DNA of 64,000 nucleotides from Giardia intestinalis (Eukaryota): NCBI GenBank assembly GCA_000002435.2, contig CM018793.1; one strand, 5' to 3'. Shown piece by piece: positions 61,404 to 64,000 of this stretch (position 1 is its first letter; each line of letters starts with the position of its first letter). The notes under the pieces were generated by a model. It saw only the letters and a program-made list of their open reading frames with translations, ran no database searches and was not told where the DNA came from. The position numbers and the translations under genes were made by a program.

Positions 61404-63224
61404 TCAGAGCCTACGCTTTAAGAGGTAGCTTGTGATCCGCGCTGCACCGCCCACGAAGAAGACTAGAAACGAGAGAGAACTGATCCAATTCGTAGCTTTG
61501 GTAAGCCCTGGTATCTTAATAATAGAAAGTATGGTGCCCAGAGATACGATGATGAGAGAGACGATGGTTGCATAGTAAGTTTGAACATACTTAAACTTTG
61601 CACGCTTCGTCCTAACCACAGGGAAAGATGCCATGAAAATGAAGACGACGTGGAAAAAGAGATGATAGAAATATGACACACAGGTGCTAACGATCCAGCT
61701 CCCAACTCCAACAGACCAAAAGACAATGTCAATAAGGACATCCGGCCTTTTTGGAATGTATATTTGATCGAACCCGTCATAGAATCGACGGATTATCTCG
61801 GTGGGAAACAGAAGCATGATACGTAGATGCCTCACCATTGCCAGCATCTCCTCGGGAGTGATTGTTTTCAAATGTGCAAAGTCGATATTCTCAACACTCC
61901 CATTGGTGATAAACATAAATGGGTCTTCCTCATCCACTAGCTCATTGTGCCGCAGCATCTCTGTATAATCCACGAGGCTCAAAATAAGATACACAAGACT
62001 CGCTGCACAGAGGCTATAAATCAGATGCCTAAGCCGTGAGGCCAGAAAGAGGAGGATTATGAGAGGCGGCTTGATAAGCAATTTGTAGAGAGTGTGAAAC
62101 GCAGAAAGCACTTTAAACAGCGCAGCAACAAGAACCCATACAACAAAGAACAAGACTCCAGTGGCAAGATAAGGCTCTTCCTTAAGCAAAACTTGTAAGA
62201 GGGGTGGTGCTGCAATAATCACCTTTCCAGAGGTGAGAGTATAGACTCTGTCGATGGATGTGTTGTCGTCGGACCAGAGTGCTGCACCAAGAACATGAAT
62301 TGTGTAAAGGATAAGATGCTTGGCCTTCTCAATTAGGGTCGCTGGAGGAGTAAACCCTGAGGGCTCTGCTCCCAAACCCGGTGCAGGGCTATTTGTGAAT
62401 TTGCTCGGTGGAAGCTTTTGGATTGTGCCGTAACGAGACGCCACAGACTCTTCGGGGGACTCGCGAATGGTGGACATACGCTGTGGGCTCCGCACAGACG
62501 AATGCTGACAAGCAGTTGGCGTGAGAAAGTCGTGGAGGCAGGAGCGATGGTGTCGCTGCCCACTATACCCACGGAGATGGCCGCTCTTGGTAATAGACGC
62601 TCGCTCATCATCTTCCGAAGCTACACTACTCTTTCTACGTGGAGAAAAAACCGGTTTCTTTGTCCTCTCGTGCCACTTCTGGCACGAGGCCGAGGTGCTT
62701 TCCTCAATGCGGCTGGAGACCGCACAGAAAAGTTCTGGGTCCAATTCAAAGCTGTAGCCTTCGTGATAGAAGTCCGAAGGAGCAAGTGACTCCTTGCGTG
62801 GACGTGTGGCCTTTGTAGGGGTGTTTAACTTGGTTGCGTTGCGGGACCCTTTCTCCGAGTAGACGACCTTGTAGGACGGCTCTGCACGCGATTTTGGCTT
62901 CCTGCACGGAGTTTCCTTAGCAGGGCAAGGCTTATCCTTTTTCTCATTAGCCCTTCCACGCCGAGAAGGACCCCTCTTTGTGCCCTTTTGCTGCTGGGAG
63001 CGTTCTTCTAGATCGCCTCGAGCCGCTGAACTATTGTCTGAAAAATCCCCAGAATAAGCGGCAATGTTGTCAAATAGCTGATAGTCGTCCAGGTCGTCTA
63101 TGCAGAAACCATCGTCGTCGCTTCGCTCGGCACCAGGGAGGAGCCCCTCCATTGGATCCATAATGGAGAAGAGCAGCGTGCTACGATTCCGGCGGCTTGC
63201 ATCGGTGCTATTTAAGGCCCACAT
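61404..63224 (-). CDS. Hypothetical multi-pass membrane protein (Ser/Arg-rich N-terminal half, >=5 predicted TM helices in C-terminal half); start codon uncertain
   Basis: The track ORF starts at a TTG (63233). First in-frame ATG is at 63222-63224, with another at 63159-63161. Hydrophobic helices include VLFFVVWVLVAALF and IVFWSVGVGSWIVSTCVSYFY. Confidence 0.55.
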   Translation of the reverse strand: MWALNSTDASRRNRSTLLFSIMDPMEGLLPGAERSDDDGFCIDDLDDYQLFDNIAAYSGDFSDNSSAARGDLEERSQQQKGTKRGPSRRGRANEKKDKPCPAKETPCRKPKSRAEPSYKVVYSEKGSRNATKLNTPTKATRPRKESLAPSDFYHEGYSFELDPELFCAVSSRIEESTSASCQKWHERTKKPVFSPRRKSSVASEDDERASITKSGHLRGYSGQRHHRSCLHDFLTPTACQHSSVRSPQRMSTIRESPEESVASRYGTIQKLPPSKFTNSPAPGLGAEPSGFTPPATLIEKAKHLILYTIHVLGAALWSDDNTSIDRVYTLTSGKVIIAAPPLLQVLLKEEPYLATGVLFFVVWVLVAALFKVLSAFHTLYKLLIKPPLIILLFLASRLRHLIYSLCAASLVYLILSLVDYTEMLRHNELVDEEDPFMFITNGSVENIDFAHLKTITPEEMLAMVRHLRIMLLFPTEIIRRFYDGFDQIYIPKRPDVLIDIVFWSVGVGSWIVSTCVSYFYHLFFHVVFIFMASFPVVRTKRAKFKYVQTYYATIVSLIIVSLGTILSIIKIPGLTKATNWISSLSFLVFFVGGAARITSYLLKRRL

Positions 63225-63355
63225 ACTCAACAACGCAACGTGGTCTGCTGCAAATAAACTGCCGAAATTGGCATCCTAAGAAATTGCAAGTAAAAATTGC
63301 TAATAGCATATCTACTACTTGGTCATAAGATTTGGAGGGGAGAGAAATAAATACA

Positions 63356-64000
63356 ATGTCGAGCTACCCCGAGCGCACCGGCTTCAAGAGAGACTACGAC
63401 GACGGCCCGGGTTATGGGCGCCGTGATGACCGCGGGGGACGCGGAGGCTATGGAGGAGGCCGCAGGCGCGATGATCGCAGGGGCTATGGCGGAGGACGCG
63501 GAGGATACGGTGGGCGTGGCAGCTACGACGACCGTGCGGGGAATCCCGGGGATCTCCATCGCCGCCATGAAAATCTGTACCCTGCACTTACTGAAGAGGA
63601 GCTTTTTGGACAAAAGGTTGGAACGGAGGCTTTGCAGACGGGGGAGCGCGATTACTCCATTTACCAGGACGTTAAGGTTTCAGTCGATTTCGCTCGGGCA
63701 ATAAAGGAGGTCGCACCCATTGCCACATTCGAGGACCTCTCACGAGAGCCGTTTGACCTGGACCCAGAGGTTTATCAGAACACAGTTCGTGCAAAGTATT
63801 TCCAGCCAACACCAATCCAGAAGCACGCCCTCCCCACGGGGATGGTCGGGTATGACCTCTTGGCTTGTTCCCAGACTGGTTCTGGAAAGACCTGTGCGTT
63901 CATAATCCCCATTCTCCATCGCATAGCCACGGAGAAGCTGAAGCTCTACACCATGTCTCCAGGACACCACGAGGACAGAGACTTCCGCTTTAACGCCAAG
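63356..64000 (+). CDS. DEAD-box ATP-dependent RNA helicase (DDX3/Ded1/Vasa-like), partial; RGG/GYGG-rich N-terminus
   Basis: ATG at 63356. Q-motif ...FQPTPIQKHALP. Motif I AQTGSGKT variant (CSQTGSGKTCAF). Open to the window end. Confidence 0.85.
   Translation, partial: MSSYPERTGFKRDYDDGPGYGRRDDRGGRGGYGGGRRRDDRRGYGGGRGGYGGRGSYDDRAGNPGDLHRRHENLYPALTEEELFGQKVGTEALQTGERDYSIYQDVKVSVDFARAIKEVAPIATFEDLSREPFDLDPEVYQNTVRAKYFQPTPIQKHALPTGMVGYDLLACSQTGSGKTCAFIIPILHRIATEKLKLYTMSPGHHEDRDFRFNAK

Overview
Giardia-type diplomonad locus (eukaryotic): gene-dense housekeeping genes, plus a ~22-kb perfect palindrome carrying two convergent variant-specific surface protein (VSP) genes, one with 31 identical 216-bp tandem repeats.

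Organism call rests on: VSP C-terminus ...GGLVGFLCWWFLCRGKA, high-cysteine membrane proteins (HCMPs), very short AT-rich initiator sequences directly upstream of ATGs, AGTRAAY-type poly(A) motifs, and no obvious introns.

Genes in order:
- Partial secreted protein on the minus strand at the window start.
- An HCMP of ~1680 aa, split by a single in-frame TAA stop.
- A highly divergent 5572-aa dynein heavy chain (four degenerate AAA P-loops, stalk coiled coils and the conserved post-stalk motif).
- PCNA.
- Uracil phosphoribosyltransferase.
- tRNA-Glu(UUC), wedged 4 bp from the stop codon of a triple-RING E3-like protein.
- A PHO80-like cyclin candidate.
- Two hypothetical proteins.
- A Nek-like pseudokinase with ankyrin repeats.
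- Naa20 (NatB catalytic subunit).
- A multi-pass membrane protein.
- A DEAD-box helicase (DDX3/Ded1-like) running off the window end.

The palindrome: left arm 38572-45512 and right arm 47207-60411 are inverted copies around a 1.7-kb unique GC-rich spacer.
- Each arm carries a tail-to-tail VSP-like gene and a ~5.3-kb AT-rich, ORF-poor block.
- The arms differ by exactly 29 x 216 bp: the left VSP has 2 copies of a 72-aa Cys-rich repeat, the right VSP has 31 apparently identical copies (6.7-kb array).

Coordinate caveats:
- The ORF track uses non-ATG starts (TTG/GTG translated as M). I moved eukaryotic CDS starts to the first in-frame ATG where needed.
- A few places show a +/-1-nt discrepancy between the printed sequence and the track, so coordinates may be off by one.
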